The notes: generated by a model not told the origin, from the letters alone. A DNA stretch of 64,000 nucleotides, filler included, from Pirum gemmata (GCA_002812295.1; 22 parts of 22 records of this genome joined end to end with filler, not necessarily neighbours in it); one strand, 5' to 3'. Shown: positions 1 through 13,193, numbered from the whole stretch's first letter. A program made the numbers and translations.

Positions 1-127
1 TATCTACTATAATTAAATTTACTATTTTAAGCTATTTAACTGTTATTATTAGTAAGGAACACGGAACTAAGGTTGGCTCGATAAGCATCTGTTCGAAAAA
101 AGTTCCAGTAGATATCTCACCCCTACT
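1..127 (+). mobile_element. MITE family A, right part cut by window edge
   Basis: Ends in GATATCTCACCCCTACT; near-identical to the 3' half of 41496-41726. Confidence 0.85.
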
Positions 128-231
128 TAGTAGTCTATGGACTGTATGGTAGTACTGCTTGGTAGTCTAGAGAGACTTTTTTTTACATACTCTTTTTGTG
201 TTCTTTAGAAAGGAGGCTTAGCCAGCTCTAG

Positions 232-306
232 CTAGGGTTAGGGTTAGGGTTAGGGTTAGGGGTTAGGGTTAGGGTTAGGGTTAGGGTTAAGGTTAGGGTT
301 AGGGTT
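232..306 (+). repeat. Interstitial (TTAGGG)n tract followed by an (ATCATT)n microsatellite to ~497
   Basis: Read directly from the sequence. Confidence 0.95.
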
Positions 307-429
307 TCATTATTAATATCATTATCATTATCATCATCATTTTCATTATTATTATTAATTATCATTATCATTATCGATATCATTATCATTATCATTATCA
401 TTATCGATATCATCATCATCACCATTATC

Positions 430-464
<35 letters not shown>

Positions 465-1299
465 CATTATCATTGTCATTATCATTATCATTGTCATTGA
501 TAAATAACACAACAAAATAGATTAAAATGCACTTTAATTACAGACATCAGATTTCATCTTAACAATTAAAACAAAGCAACAACAACGTAATAAACAACAA
601 CGTTAAAATTTTAACAACAAAAATTGTTATAATACTTGAGCTTGATTTTACTACTTTATTAATGACCAGAATATTTTTATAGTTTTTATTCATTTCATTT
701 ATATTATGATAAAATGTTATATAAAAAAAATATCAAAAATTGATATGGTGCACGAAAACTAAAAACGTCTTACTTTTTTTTGCTAATTAAAAAATCCTAC
801 CTTTTTTTTTATATATGTTTGAAAATTTCAAATCTATTAAATACCTATTATATTACTTATCTTCGAAAACTGAAAATTCTAGTGAAATCCAAAAGTTGGA
901 CGTTTTTACATTGCTTGCGCCATAACATTACAAAAGCCAAAACCAAATTATACTTTCTATTTATGGAATAACTACTTTTATTTTTTTTTATATGGTGCAA
1001 ACAGTGCAAAAAGCGACTATCATGGAAAATGGGAACTTTCAAACATGGGTAACAGAGTATCCTTATTTATAGGGAAAACCTCTAAATCGGACAAAATTCT
1101 GACCATAAAAAAGATAAAAAATAGACAAATATTATTTTACTGATAAGGGTAGAATGTTCTTATTTTGTTGAAGAGACAAATAATTTTTTTTTTTTTTTTT
1201 TTTTGAAATGTGGCTAATTTTCGAAAATGAGAGAAATTTTCGAGAGGTTCGATCGAGTATATTAAAAACTAACTGACTCTAACTGTATGATATTATGTT

Positions 1300-1419
1300 T
1301 ATCGTCGTCTATTTCATCATTTAAATCTTTAATTTGGTACTGTTTAAGTGTATAATTGAACTTGTTTATGAAATACAAACATTAATTATAAAATACCAAC
1401 ACTATTGAAAAACACGATA
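1300..1419 (-). mobile_element. MITE family D, internally deleted copy
   Basis: TATCGT...CACGATA ends; matches the reverse complement of 43431-43620. Confidence 0.65.
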
Positions 1420-1577
1420 CGTTTTTTAATACTATACGTTTGCCATTTTAAAAAGTTGGACATTTTTAATCGCTTTATCTCATACCAGTTTTTGATTATT
1501 ATTGATTATCATTGGTCTGTGGTATGTATGGGTGTAGTATAAAATTTTATTCATTCCTTTTTTTTCTTTTTATTTCT

Positions 1578-1633
<56 letters not shown>

Positions 1634-1937
1634 GGGGGGGGGGGTTTGTTCCGAGTGTTCTGTTTCAGTTTTTTTCTTTCACTTTCCGAATGTGAGGAGT
1701 GAGGTATAAATAACCAAAAACTCCCCAGAAATTTAGAAATCTTTAATTCATTTTTTAAAAAATGATTTTATTGTCTTTCTTTGCAATTGTTTCTGTTATA
1801 TAATTTTCAAAATTTGTATTTAGTATTACTTAAGTATTTTTCAGGTAAATAAAAATAACTACAATAACAAAAGTAATATTTTTTTTAAAAAAAATTGCAA
1901 ATAAAAAAAGACAAAGAAAACAATATAACAAATAAAT

Positions 1938-2310
1938 ATGTGTGTTTTGAAAATTAAAGAAAGACCATTATTCTTATTCTGTATATTTACAATCTCAGGG
2001 TTGGTGTTATTTTCAGTACATTATTGTACTAACTACCACAGCAACAACAGTAAGCATAGTATTAATAATGAAAAGAGTGATGAATACGAATATATGTTTC
2101 AAAATACAATACAAAATATTTTACCAACTCATGATCAAATAATTAAGACTAAAGAAAGTAATGATGTTTTAAAAAATAAACAAAGTTCTTTTAAGCAATT
2201 ACTTAACGCAGGGTGGAGTTTTGACAGTTCTGATCTACAAGAAATGATCGATAGAACCCACGAATTAATAATCGCGAATCAAAAAAGTTATATCCGAGAT
2301 TTTAAAGCAG
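1938..2310 (+). CDS. First exon of a type II membrane protein (N-terminal TM plus stem; possibly a Golgi enzyme)
   Basis: ATG in A-rich context, hydrophobic PLFLFCIFTISGLVLFSVHY, open for 124 codons, then CAG|GTTATT donor followed by (TTA)n. Confidence 0.6.
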
Positions 2311-2329
2311 GTTATTATTATTATTATTA

Positions 2330-2370
<41 letters not shown>

Positions 2371-2696
2371 AATAATTATTATTAATTATTATTAATTATT
2401 ATTAAGTANNNNNNNNNNNNNNNNNNNNNNNNNNNNNNNNNNNNNNNNNNNNNNNNNNNNNNNNNNNNNAACCCTATCCCCATCCCTATCCCTAACCCTA
2501 TCCCCATCCCTATCCCTAACCCTATCCCCATCCCTATCCCTAACCCTATCCCCATCCCTATCCCTAACCCTATCCCCATCCCTATCCCTATCATCCCTAT
2601 CATCCCTATCCCAATTAATATATATATATATCACAAATTTGTTTACATTAACTTCTTTTTTATGTAAAACTTTTTAACGAAATAATTTATATATAG

Positions 2697-2854
2697 TCGA
2701 TTTACATCATTGAGAGGTACACCGGCAGTTGAGGGTCATAACGGTGGTGAGGGCAATGGTATTGATGATGGTATATCACCGTCTGAATCCGAAGGAAATG
2801 ATCATGTTGGAGATGATCCAAACCCGTAAGTTACATACACACATACATGCATAT

Positions 2855-2887
<33 letters not shown>

Positions 2888-2922
2888 TACATACATACAT
2901 ACATACATGCATGCATACTTAC

Positions 2923-2953
<31 letters not shown>

Positions 2954-2963
2954 CATACATACA

Positions 2964-2999
<36 letters not shown>

Positions 3000-3699
3000 T
3001 ATATATAGACATTGGTCTGCTTTTATTTAATATCATATTCATTATTCTTCTTTTTCTAATGTACATTCAAGGCTTTTACAATTTTCAAGATAACTTTATA
3101 TAATTATTTTATCTCTAGCCAAAATTATTATAAATTTTTAGTACACAATGAACTGATTGTTATCTACCGGAAAAATTTTGATTATTTTCTTTTTACTTTT
3201 ACTTATTTTTTGTTCAAATTGTTATTCCTGCATGTAGTGTTGGACTTCATCGTTCTATTCGCCCTCCTCACATTCCTCGTCACATGCTTCGTAATCTCCA
3301 CAATAGGCGTCGTGATCGTGACCGTGGTAAGTTTCTTACTCTACCAGTTGTCAGTTGCTTGCTCTGAATTATTTTATCAGTTGTCGTCTTTTTATTTGCT
3401 CGTTACTGTCTTTTATTTATTATGAATTATTTTATTAAATGTTACTTCTTTAACTCTGTCTGTAATTATTTTATCCATTGTCAGTTATTTACGTTCGACT
3501 TATTTTACCTATTGTGCTCTTTATTTTATCCGTTGTCGTCTTTTATTTACTCTTGAGCTATTTTATTAATTATCGTCTTTTTTATTTATTTGTATGTATA
3601 TATCTTTGTGTATGTGTATGTACGTTATATGTAGTGGTGGTGGTGTGGTAAGTAGTAGTAAGTAGTAACAAGTAGTAATAAGTAGTAATAAGTAGTAAT

Positions 3700-3762
<63 letters not shown>

Positions 3763-3855
3763 CAGTAGTAGTAGTGGCAGTAGTAATAATAGTAGTAATA
3801 GTAGTAGTAGTAGTAGTAATAGTAGTAGTAATAGTAGTAGTAATAATAGTAGTAA

Positions 3856-3886
<31 letters not shown>

Positions 3887-3936
3887 TTTATTTGCTCTTT
3901 ATTGTGTAGTAATAGTAGTAGTAATAGTAGTAGTAA

Positions 3937-3973
<37 letters not shown>

Positions 3974-4799
3974 TTTATTTGCTCTTTATTGTGTTTTATT
4001 TACTGTAAATTATTTTATCCAATGTTACTTATTTAATTATTTTATCCATTGTCAGTTATTTACGTTTGAATTATTTTACCCATTCTCTTGTGTACCCTTG
4101 TTTTATCCGTTGTCGTCTTATATTTATTATTTTATTAATTGTCGTCTTTTTATTTATTCTGAATTATTTTATCAGTTGTCGTCTTTTATTATTGTCCTTT
4201 TTTTACTATAAATTATTTTATCCAATGTTACTCATTTAATTATTTTATCCATTGTCAGTTATTTGCGTTTGAATTATTTTACCCATTCTCTTGTGTACTC
4301 TTGTTTTATCCGTTGTCGTCTTGTATTTACTCTGAATTATTTTATTAATTGTCGTCTTTTTATTTATTCTGAATTATTTTTATCAGTTGTCGTCTTTTAT
4401 TATTGTCTTTTTTTTTACTATAAATTATTTTATGCAATGATACTTAATATTTAACTCTGTCTGTAATTATTTTATCCATTGTTAGTTATTTACTTAAGAA
4501 TTATTTACACATTGCCGGTTATTTACTCTTTATTTTATCCATTGTCGTCGTCTTTTATTTACTCTGAATTGTTTGTCTTTTCATTTATTTTCAATTGTTT
4601 TATCAGTGGTGGTCTTTTTATTTACTCTGAATTATTTTATTCGTTGCTGTCTTTTATTTTAAACATTTTATTAACTTGTTATTGTTTTTGAAAAGGTGGT
4701 TTGGACTTTAGTATGGATATGGACCCTGACCCTGACGACGACGACGACGACGACGAACATATGGATACTTCTGGATCTTCTATTGATTTGTACAGTGAT
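2697..4799 (+). CDS. Three internal exons of an unknown low-complexity acidic protein (2697-2825, 3238-3326, 4696-4799)
   Basis: AG/GTAAG boundaries with compatible phases give RFTSLRGTPAVEGHNGGEG...DDPNP-VGLHRSIRPPHIPRHMLRNLHNRRRDRDRG-GLDFSMDMDPDPDDDDDDDEHMDTSGSSIDLYSD. Not phase-compatible with the 1938-2310 exon across the N gap. Confidence 0.65.
3330..4680 (+). repeat. Intronic degenerate minisatellite (AATTATTTTATCCATTGTCAGTTATTTAC-type units) with an embedded (GTA)n tract
   Basis: Recurring blocks at about 3465, 4035, 4238 and 4465. Confidence 0.8.
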
Positions 4800-4871
4800 G
4801 TAAGTGTTCCACCCCCTTCCTTTTTCCACCCCCTTCCTTTTTCCACCCCCTTCCTTTTTCCACCCCCTTCC

Positions 4872-4970
4872 NNNNNNNNNNNNNNNNNNNNNNNNNNNNN
4901 NNNNNNNNNNNNNNNTTAATTAATTAANNNNNNNNNNNNNNNNNNNNNNNNNNNNNNNNNNNNNNNNNNN
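4872..4970. other. Artificial contig linker (N-run, TTAATTAATTAA, N-run); first of 21
   Basis: The same six-frame-stop 12-mer sits inside ~100-nt N blocks at about 4916, 7511, 10090, 12700, 15287, 17869, 20430, 23010, 25248, 27856, 32792, 35376, 37772, 40348, 42929, 44990, 47597, 50173, 52752, 59334 and 61940. Confidence 0.98.
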
Positions 4971-5416
4971 NACCCTAACCCTAACCCTAACCGTAACCGT
5001 AACCCTAACCCTAACCCTAACCCTAACCCATTGTGTTACTCCAACCCCAACCCTAACCCTAACCCTAATATGATCCAAAAAAAGTAATATTTCATTTTTA
5101 TAATTGTATTTATATATATTTATATATAAATAAGATTATACAGAGGAAGAATGTAAAGACCAAACTTACTTACCGGAGGCTTTACTTGGAAAAACCTTTT
5201 TTGAATGAATGAATCAACTTTATATTTTTGGTAATTTAATAGCTAAATATGGTATGAAATTTAAATATGGAATTGATTAAAAAACCTTTTTTTAATAATC
5301 ATAACTATTACTTCATCGAATTTTTTAATAACCGAGTTATCAGACTGCGCAAAAAAAATACAGTACCAAATTCAAGATCCACAGGATAACAGTAATAATG
5401 AAATAATAAAGTAGTC

Positions 5417-5649
5417 AGTAGGGGTGACATGACGTCATTTTATATTACCGAATAGCTGCCGGAACTTTTCCAATTTTTATGGTTTTTATTACTATTAATG
5501 TTAATTTTATTACTTTAATTGGTATCTACTATAATTAGATTTACTATTTTAAGCCTATTTAACTGCTATTATTAGTAAGGAACACGGGACTAAGATTGGC
5601 TCGATAAGCATCTGTTCGAAAAAAGTTCCAGTAGATATCTCACCCTACT
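5417..5649 (+). mobile_element. MITE family A, full length, 6-bp TSD GTAGTC
   Basis: AGTAGGGGTGA...TCACCCTACT termini; GTAGTC at 5411-5416 and 5650-5655. Confidence 0.9.
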
Positions 5650-6109
5650 GTAGTCATACATAATTTGAACATACCTAAATGAATAAACTCAGTTTCAAAA
5701 TAATAATTTCGAGAATCAACAAGTACAATTGTACTCTTAAAAACAGTACCAAATTAAAGATCCACAGGAAAATGGGAATAATGAGTAATAATGTAGTCAT
5801 ACTTAATTCAAACATTCCTAAATGAATAAGCCCAGGCTTAAAATAATAATTTCGAGAATGAAATAATGATGTAGTCATACATAATTCGAATATACCTAAA
5901 TGAATAAACTCGTTCAAATTAATAATTTCGAGAATCAACAAGTACAAAAAAGTATATTTCAATTACACACTTAAAAACAGTACCAAATTAAAGATGCACA
6001 GGACAACGACATGACTTAATCTTTATTATACTTATAATAATCATCGTCTCGACAATATTATTAATTGCAACTATATATATAGTACATGTTTTAATCTTTA
6101 TACTTATAT

Positions 6110-6460
6110 ACCCTAATCCTAACCCTAATCCTATCCCTAATCCTAACCCTAATCCTAACCCTAATCCTAACCCTAACCCTAACCCTAACCCTAACCCTAA
6201 CCCTAACCCTAACCCTAACCCTAACCCTAACCCTAACCCTAACCCNCCCTAATCCTAGCCTTAACCCTAACCCTAGCGTTAACCCTAACCCTAAAGCCTA
6301 AAGCCTCAAGCCTAAAGCCCAAACTCTAAACTCTAAACCCTAAACCCTAAACCCTAACCCTAACCCTAACCCTAACCCTAACCCTAACCCTAATCTTAAC
6401 CCTAACCCTAACCCTAACCCTAACCCTAACCCTAACCCTAACCCTAACCCTAACCCTAAC
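6110..6460 (-). repeat. Long interstitial telomere-like (CCCTAA)n tract with CCCTAAA and other variants
   Basis: Read directly; internal to a contig. Confidence 0.95.
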
Positions 6461-6811
6461 TAAAAAAGTTTTTCCAATTAATTAATTACTATATTTAGAA
6501 TTATACCATATTTAGCTATGAATTTTATAATAAACATTATTATAATTGCAATTAATAATATTGTCAAGATGATGATTATTATATAAGTTTAATAAAGATT
6601 AAGTCCTGTACTATATTACAGTTGCAATTAATAATATATTGTCAAAATGATGATTATTATATAAATATAAAGATTAAGCCATGTATTAATACTATAGACG
6701 TTAATATGAGTTTTTACATTAAATTTTTATAGTTGCAATTAATAATATTATTGTCTTAATAATCATCTTCATAGTAACAATAGGAATGGAGATATATATA
6801 TAGCGTTTAAT

Positions 6812-7004
6812 TATCGTCTATTTCATTAGTTGCCCTCTCAATCTTTAATTTGGTACTGTTTAAGTGTATAATTGAACTTATTTATAAAATAAAATATTAA
6901 GTATAAAATACCAAATTAGTTGAAACATGTCCAATAGTTTAACTATATATAGTAATAATTTGGTATGTTTATTTCAGTTTTTGAACTGGGCAACACTATT
7001 GAAA
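6812..7004 (-). mobile_element. MITE family D copy
   Basis: Similar to the reverse complement of 43431-43620. Confidence 0.7.
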
Positions 7005-7722
7005 GTTTACTGGGTACCTGGGTCACTGTTTATTGATTATTATGAATTACTATAATATTAATATTGATTACTGTTTAAATTTACTATATATTTCCTATTA
7101 CTATTTACTATTACTATTTACTATTACTATTTACTATTACTATTTACTATTTACTATTTTCTGGTATTATTTACTATTTACTATATTTATTATTTACTAT
7201 TTACTATTCTATTTATATATAATTTCGTTGCAATTGGATTGTTATAATTTGATAATAAATTTAAACAAAAGACCCAACTTTTAACTTCAAAATGCCAAAT
7301 TTAATACTATTTACTATTACTATTTACTATTTACTATTTACTATTACTATTTACTATTTACTATTTACTATATTACTATTTACTATTTACTATATATTTA
7401 CTATTTACTATTTACTATTCTATTTATATATAATTTCGTTGCAATTGGATTGTTATAATTTGATAANNNNNNNNNNNNNNNNNNNNNNNNNNNNNNNNNN
7501 NNNNNNNNNNTTAATTAATTAANNNNNNNNNNNNNNNNNNNNNNNNNNNNNNNNNNNNNNNNNNNNTAGGATAGGTGGTTAAGGAAGGATAAGGAAGAAA
7601 AGAAAAAACAAGAAAAGTATGATAATAAAAAGAAAATACTATGCATAATATTTAAAAAAAATGGAGTTTTTACCAATTGCCAGTTCTATTCGCTTGAGTG
7701 CAATATCATGTTGTATAACTAT

Positions 7723-7916
7723 TATAGTGCTTTCCATTTATTTTGTCACTCTGAATATTTATATGGAGGGTTATAATCTTTAAATTGGTATTTTTAAATC
7801 AATAAATAGATAATAAAATATACCAAATTAAATTAAATGGGTTTATATTAAATTAATTTGGTACTATTTATTGTATATTAATTTTTATGAAGACAAAACA
7901 ACTGAAAAGCACTATA
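7723..7916 (+). mobile_element. MITE family C copy
   Basis: TATAGTGCTTT...AAAGCACTATA inverted ends; body matches 21004-21192. Confidence 0.8.
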
Positions 7917-7984
7917 TATTACGTATTGTTATAAGAATAATTGGTACTTTAATTAATCGCCTAAAAAAGAACAATTTTAATTTT

Positions 7985-8899
7985 TTAAAATAATGAACAA
8001 ACTAAAGTTGCAATGGCTACTACCATTGTATTTGCTGCGAAGGAGAAAGCAGAGCCACCCTTAATATGGTAATCGGTCACAACAACATTTAAATTAGTTG
8101 GTGTTATCTCAATATCATGAACCCCACAATCAAAATTAATACTAACAACGCTACCAACTTTGCCAGTCAAATTAAACTGTTTGCGATTAATTGTATCAGG
8201 TACATCGATATCTGTACAATTATTGCCAGTATTTATATTCACACTTACAACAGCATTTTGATTGGTACCTTTGCATTGAAAGTTCGAGTTTGTATCCTGT
8301 ATGTCAATACTAACAGCATTATCTTTTAGCACGTACGATAAACCATGTGGCGATTTAATTGTTTGTTGGCCACTGTTTAATGTATCAAATCTAACCACTT
8401 GGAACCCTGAAGCGAAGAAAGTAGTGTTAGTAATCACATTAGTACCAATATTAAAAGCAGCATTCAAACCTCCTGGTTGTTGTAGCTGATATTGTAGGGT
8501 TGGCACTACATCAGGATCAACTGAACAACCAAAGTATCTATTTTTAACAGTATTTACTTGACTAACGTTTGAAGTTGTGGTAATGATTGGTTCACTCGTT
8601 AACACATTGTTTTCCCCAATAATTTGTTGCATACTAAAGATTGAAACATCACTATTAACTGGTAAACTTGCATTAGCACACACTGATGTTATGGAAGAGA
8701 TTCGGACAGCGTCAATTGGGGCTATATTTGGGTTAGTTAAGCTGAACCCGTTATATGTGGGTCTATATTGATTCGGTTGGGTTGTTTTCGAACTGGCACA
8801 TTCTGAATCGGATATAAACGACCCAGCCACTAGTTGCTTGCTTAATTGAATATCAGCGTCATTATATCTGACAGCACTGGAAAATAAAATATTACTCAT
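7985..8899 (-). CDS. Intronless 304-aa S/T/N-rich protein with a C-terminal GPI-signal-like tail
   Basis: Clean ORF from AAAATG to TAA; ends GGSAFSFAANTMVVAIATLVCSLF; several Cys and N-x-S/T sites. Confidence 0.85.
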   Translation of the reverse strand: MSNILFSSAVRYNDADIQLSKQLVAGSFISDSECASSKTTQPNQYRPTYNGFSLTNPNIAPIDAVRISSITSVCANASLPVNSDVSIFSMQQIIGENNVLTSEPIITTTSNVSQVNTVKNRYFGCSVDPDVVPTLQYQLQQPGGLNAAFNIGTNVITNTTFFASGFQVVRFDTLNSGQQTIKSPHGLSYVLKDNAVSIDIQDTNSNFQCKGTNQNAVVSVNINTGNNCTDIDVPDTINRKQFNLTGKVGSVVSINFDCGVHDIEITPTNLNVVVTDYHIKGGSAFSFAANTMVVAIATLVCSLF

Positions 8900-9094
8900 T
8901 TTTAATTATTTATTTAGGTTTTCCAGTTTCAGTTGTGTTTTTTTTTTTTTTTGTGTTGAACACACTTGTAATTTTTCTTTTTATACTAGAGTAGTACTGT
9001 AGTAGTAGTAGGGAGGATTAAAAATGTTGTAGACTTTTTTTAATATAATCTTTTTTTTATAATAATTATAAACATGTTGTCACCACTACTGCTG

Positions 9095-9628
9095 GCCCGC
9101 TGGATAAAACTGCAGAAATCATTTTTTTTATATATAGGCTTCCTTTCTTTAGAAAAACCTTCAATATATAAAAATTTAATATAAAGTACGATTTGTTCTT
9201 TGAAATTAAAAATAAAAAAAATGAATGTTATAATATAGTGTTATTATGCTTGTTTTCAAAGATACAAATATTATTATTGATAATCATAATTGTTATTCAA
9301 ATTTACAATTTTACATGCTTCCCAAAATAATCCAAAATACCTCATGGCCACCTTATTAAGAAAAAATAAGTTTTTTTTTTTTTTTATCATATCATATCAT
9401 AAAAAAAAAAAAAAAAACTTCTTTTCTAAAAACCTTTTTTTAAAATACTAACTAGTCAAATTATTTTTTTAACTACCAATTGGTTTATAAAAACTTTTAC
9501 AATAGAGTTTTCTTAGTTAGACGTTTTTCAAAATTTGGTAGTACTTACATTAAAATTGGGTCATTTTGAGATTTTTTGGATTTTTGAGCTCATATGGTGG
9601 ATGTCGCCATTTTTGTCCGGCTTGGTAT
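9095..9628 (+). mobile_element. MITE family E copy, interrupted by an insertion
   Basis: GGATAAAACTGCAGAAATCAT start and TGTCCGGCTTGGTA end match 42502-42759. Confidence 0.55.
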
Positions 9629-9821
9629 CATAGTTAAAAAAAATAAATAAAAAAAAAAAATATCAAAAAGAAATTTTTTTTTTTTGCATATCAACCTATA
9701 CCGTGGTAGTCCGTGGTAATAACTGTGGTAATACTGTGGTAATACTGGTAATACTGTGGTAATTTTTTAATTGAACATTTTTCCTTATAATTACTTGAAA
9801 AAATAATCGAAGAAATATAAT

Positions 9822-9932
9822 AGGGTCAAATACAACTTCAAATACCCCTACCTACCTACCCCTCGAAGTTAAATTTCCGGTCAAATACCACCTGCCTACC
9901 TACCCCTTGACGTGACGTATTATTTGAACACT
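9822..9932 (-). mobile_element. MITE family B (PIF/Harbinger-like), partial
   Basis: CCCCTTGACGTGACGTATTATTTGAACAC motif shared with the copies at 14230, 20794 and 43904. Confidence 0.8.
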
Positions 9933-11247
9933 ATTATAATTACTATTACTATTACTATTACTATTACTATTACTATTATTATACTATTACTATTACTATT
10001 AATATTACTATTAATATTACTATTACTATTACTATTACTATTACTNNNNNNNNNNNNNNNNNNNNNNNNNNNNNNNNNNNNNNNNNNNNTTAATTAATTA
10101 ANNNNNNNNNNNNNNNNNNNNNNNNNNNNNNNNNNNNNNNNNNNNTATATATATCATGGTGTATTAGAGGTCAATTATACATCATTATGTATAATATACT
10201 GTTATTTTATATTATAGTTCATATTCAGCCAGTTCAAATGAAAAAGAAAGAAATAAGGGTTACAAACCTGACCAAAACTTTGACATTAGAGGCCATAATT
10301 TCTTATCTTGCCGTAGTATGACATTTGGTACAAAAATTGTTTTACTGTAAAAGCTTGAAAATAATCCTTTTCAAAATCCTGAAACACAATGTTTTAAAAT
10401 ATTCCTTTTGTCTTATAAAAATAATAAGAGTGAAAATAAGAATAACAAAATATAATATATATGTGTTGGTGAATATTCCGATTTATTATTAGCCGATTTA
10501 TTATAAATAAATGAATAAATAAATAATAGACCTATGGATTTTTTTTTACGTTATTCATAATAATATGATAGTCTAATATCACTATAATATCAAAAGAAAA
10601 GAAAGCTAGCTACTAGCTAGCTAGCTAGACTACAATACATCTACTATGATAATATGATAATAATTATGATACCTATGATACTACCGGTAGACTATCTGAT
10701 AGTAGCTAGCTAGCTACGATAGGTTAGGTAGTTATCAGGAGTAGAGAAGACTATCAGACCCTCCAGTAGTAGTGGCAGTAGACCCTAGCTAGCTAGTAGT
10801 AGTAGACCAACTATGAATACTACTAGCTAGTAGACCAACTAGCTAGCTAGCTAGCTAGCTAGCTAGAGGTTATGATAATTAGTCTTTTCTCAGACTCTAG
10901 CTAGGTCTAATATTTTTTTTGAATAGACTAAGACTAATAGACGAGGATTTCAAAAAAAACTCCTTGGTAAGAGTTTGGTAAGTAAGATTGGGGCAGTAGA
11001 GTCCTACTTTTCCTGCAGACCTTTAATTGTAAATCTTATTTTTAAATCATAATGCAAGAGGTATTTATAAATATAATAATATATATTATATTATATATTA
11101 TACATGAGTATGCATGAATATTAATTAAAAATTCATTTTTTATTAAATTTTAGAAAAATAAATAAGTTTATAGTATTATAATTTTAGTTTAGTCAAAATT
11201 ATGCTCGGATATATAGAAATAATATAACGCCTGCATCCTGAATTTAA

Positions 11248-12192
11248 TTAAAACTGAAAATTAGCAATTTGAAAATTAGCAATTGACTGGATTTCTTGTC
11301 CAATTTCTTTAAGTGTGTCTTTAGTTTCTTGTGGTGTTGCGGTTTTAAATTTATCTTCGTATTTTTCCCAAGAGAACTTATTCTGTAAAACATGAAATTG
11401 AGTGTCAAACTCGGAGGGATAAAAGGACAAAGCTCCTAAGCGTTTTAAAAAAATATCCTTATACTTTTGTTCATGCTTTGTAATATTATTATTAGCGTCA
11501 CTACAATAGCTTACAAGGGTTGTAAATGTCTTTTTGGTTTTTTTCCTTATCTCATCTTCCTTTTCCTTTTCTTGTTTTTTTATCAAATCTTCCTTTTCAG
11601 CTTCCTTTTCCTTTAAGGCATTTTTCAAATCTTCTTGTTTTTTTATCAAATCTTCCTTTTCCTTTTCTTTTTTTTTTATCAAATCTTCCTTTTCCTTTTC
11701 TTTTTTTTTTATCAAATCTTCCTTTTCCTTTATCAAATCTTCCTGTTTTTGTTTGGCAATGTTTACTTCTTCCTGTATACCTTCTACTTCTTTTCTCAAC
11801 TCTTCTACTTTCCCAAACGCCTTTTCAATTTCACCATCGATTTCTTCAATTTGTTTAGTGGTGTTTGCCAACTTCTTATTCAAAGCTTCTTTCGTTTGGT
11901 TAAAGTTTGATAAAAGTTCCCCTACCGTTAGGTTCCCATTTTGCAACACTTGATTCAAAAATGACACGCGCGCTGTAATTTCTTTTTCTGTTTCAATAAG
12001 TTTCTCGACTGTTAAATTATGTTCTTGTTGTGTTATTATAAAATTTTCTTTCATTATGTTTAATTTATCAAGATCCTCACTTAATTCCTTGTTGTCTAAA
12101 TATTGAAATATTCCAAATATTCCAACCCCTGAGCATATTAGAAGAATTACCCCCAAAACTACTGCCATGATGCATATTGATTTAGTCGTCAT
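11248..12192 (-). CDS. Intronless 314-aa protein: N-terminal TM anchor and long coiled coil with E/Q-EDLIKK-like repeats
   Basis: Clean ORF; hydrophobic ICIMAVVLGVILLICSGVGIFGIF; heptad-like K/E-rich region. Confidence 0.8.
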   Translation of the reverse strand: MTTKSICIMAVVLGVILLICSGVGIFGIFQYLDNKELSEDLDKLNIMKENFIITQQEHNLTVEKLIETEKEITARVSFLNQVLQNGNLTVGELLSNFNQTKEALNKKLANTTKQIEEIDGEIEKAFGKVEELRKEVEGIQEEVNIAKQKQEDLIKEKEDLIKKKEKEKEDLIKKKEKEKEDLIKKQEDLKNALKEKEAEKEDLIKKQEKEKEDEIRKKTKKTFTTLVSYCSDANNNITKHEQKYKDIFLKRLGALSFYPSEFDTQFHVLQNKFSWEKYEDKFKTATPQETKDTLKEIGQEIQSIANFQIANFQF

Positions 12193-12485
12193 AATTTCAA
12201 TTTAAAAATGAGATAAAATATCAAAAGGTTCAATTTAAAAATTTTTACTAGTGTTTTTAATATTTTTGCCTTTAAAAGAATTTAGAAGTATTGATTATAA
12301 TATATATAATTATTATATAATATTATATTTTATAATAAAAACAAAAAAACGTATAACTATTATATCATATTATATTTTATAATAAAAACAAAAAAACAAA
12401 AAAAACAAAAAACAAAAATAAAATAAAAAATAACTTTTCATTTTATATTCTATATTTTTGTACGCAGATATCATAATATTATTAT

Positions 12486-12487
<2 letters not shown>

Positions 12488-12549
<62 letters not shown>

Positions 12550-12655
12550 CATATCTTCCTTTTCCTTTATCAAATCTTCCTGTTTTTGTTTGGCAATGTT
12601 TACTTCTTCCTGTATACCTTCTACTTCTTTTCTCAACTCTTCTACTTTCCCAAAC
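12488..12655 (-). pseudogene. Partial copy of the coiled-coil gene ending in a 60-nt poly(A)
   Basis: 12548-12655 matches 11711-11818 with one mismatch seen; T-run at 12488-12547. Confidence 0.7.
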
Positions 12656-12818
12656 NNNNNNNNNNNNNNNNNNNNNNNNNNNNNNNNNNNNNNNNNNNNT
12701 TAATTAATTAANNNNNNNNNNNNNNNNNNNNNNNNNNNNNNNNNNNNNNNNNNNNATAATAATAATAATAATAATAACTCGTACTACTACAGGTTATGCA
12801 TTAATTCTGCTACCTAAT

Positions 12819-12856
<38 letters not shown>

Positions 12857-13162
12857 GGTTTATTATTTATGTACAATTTATTATTTTTATATTATTAATT
12901 TATTGTCATCATTTACTATTAATATTAATATCATTATCATTATCATTATTATCATTGTTCTCAATATTATTATTCATCATTCACTTGATAATTTATATTG
13001 TTATACTATATTATCATTATTATTATTATCATCCAATCATTATTGTCTTCATTATCATTACTATATTCATTAATCACGTAATAATATGGATAAACAATAT
13101 TTTCCTAAATAATTAATACTTCCACCATTGAATAAATGTGTGGGCATAATGTAAAATCGAAG

Positions 13163-13193
13163 GGTTAGGGTTAGGGTTAGGGTTAGGGTTAGG
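13163..13193 (+). repeat. Short (GGTTAG)5 insertion flanked by a 10-bp direct repeat
   Basis: AAAATCGAAG at 13153-13162 and 13194-13203. Confidence 0.9.
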
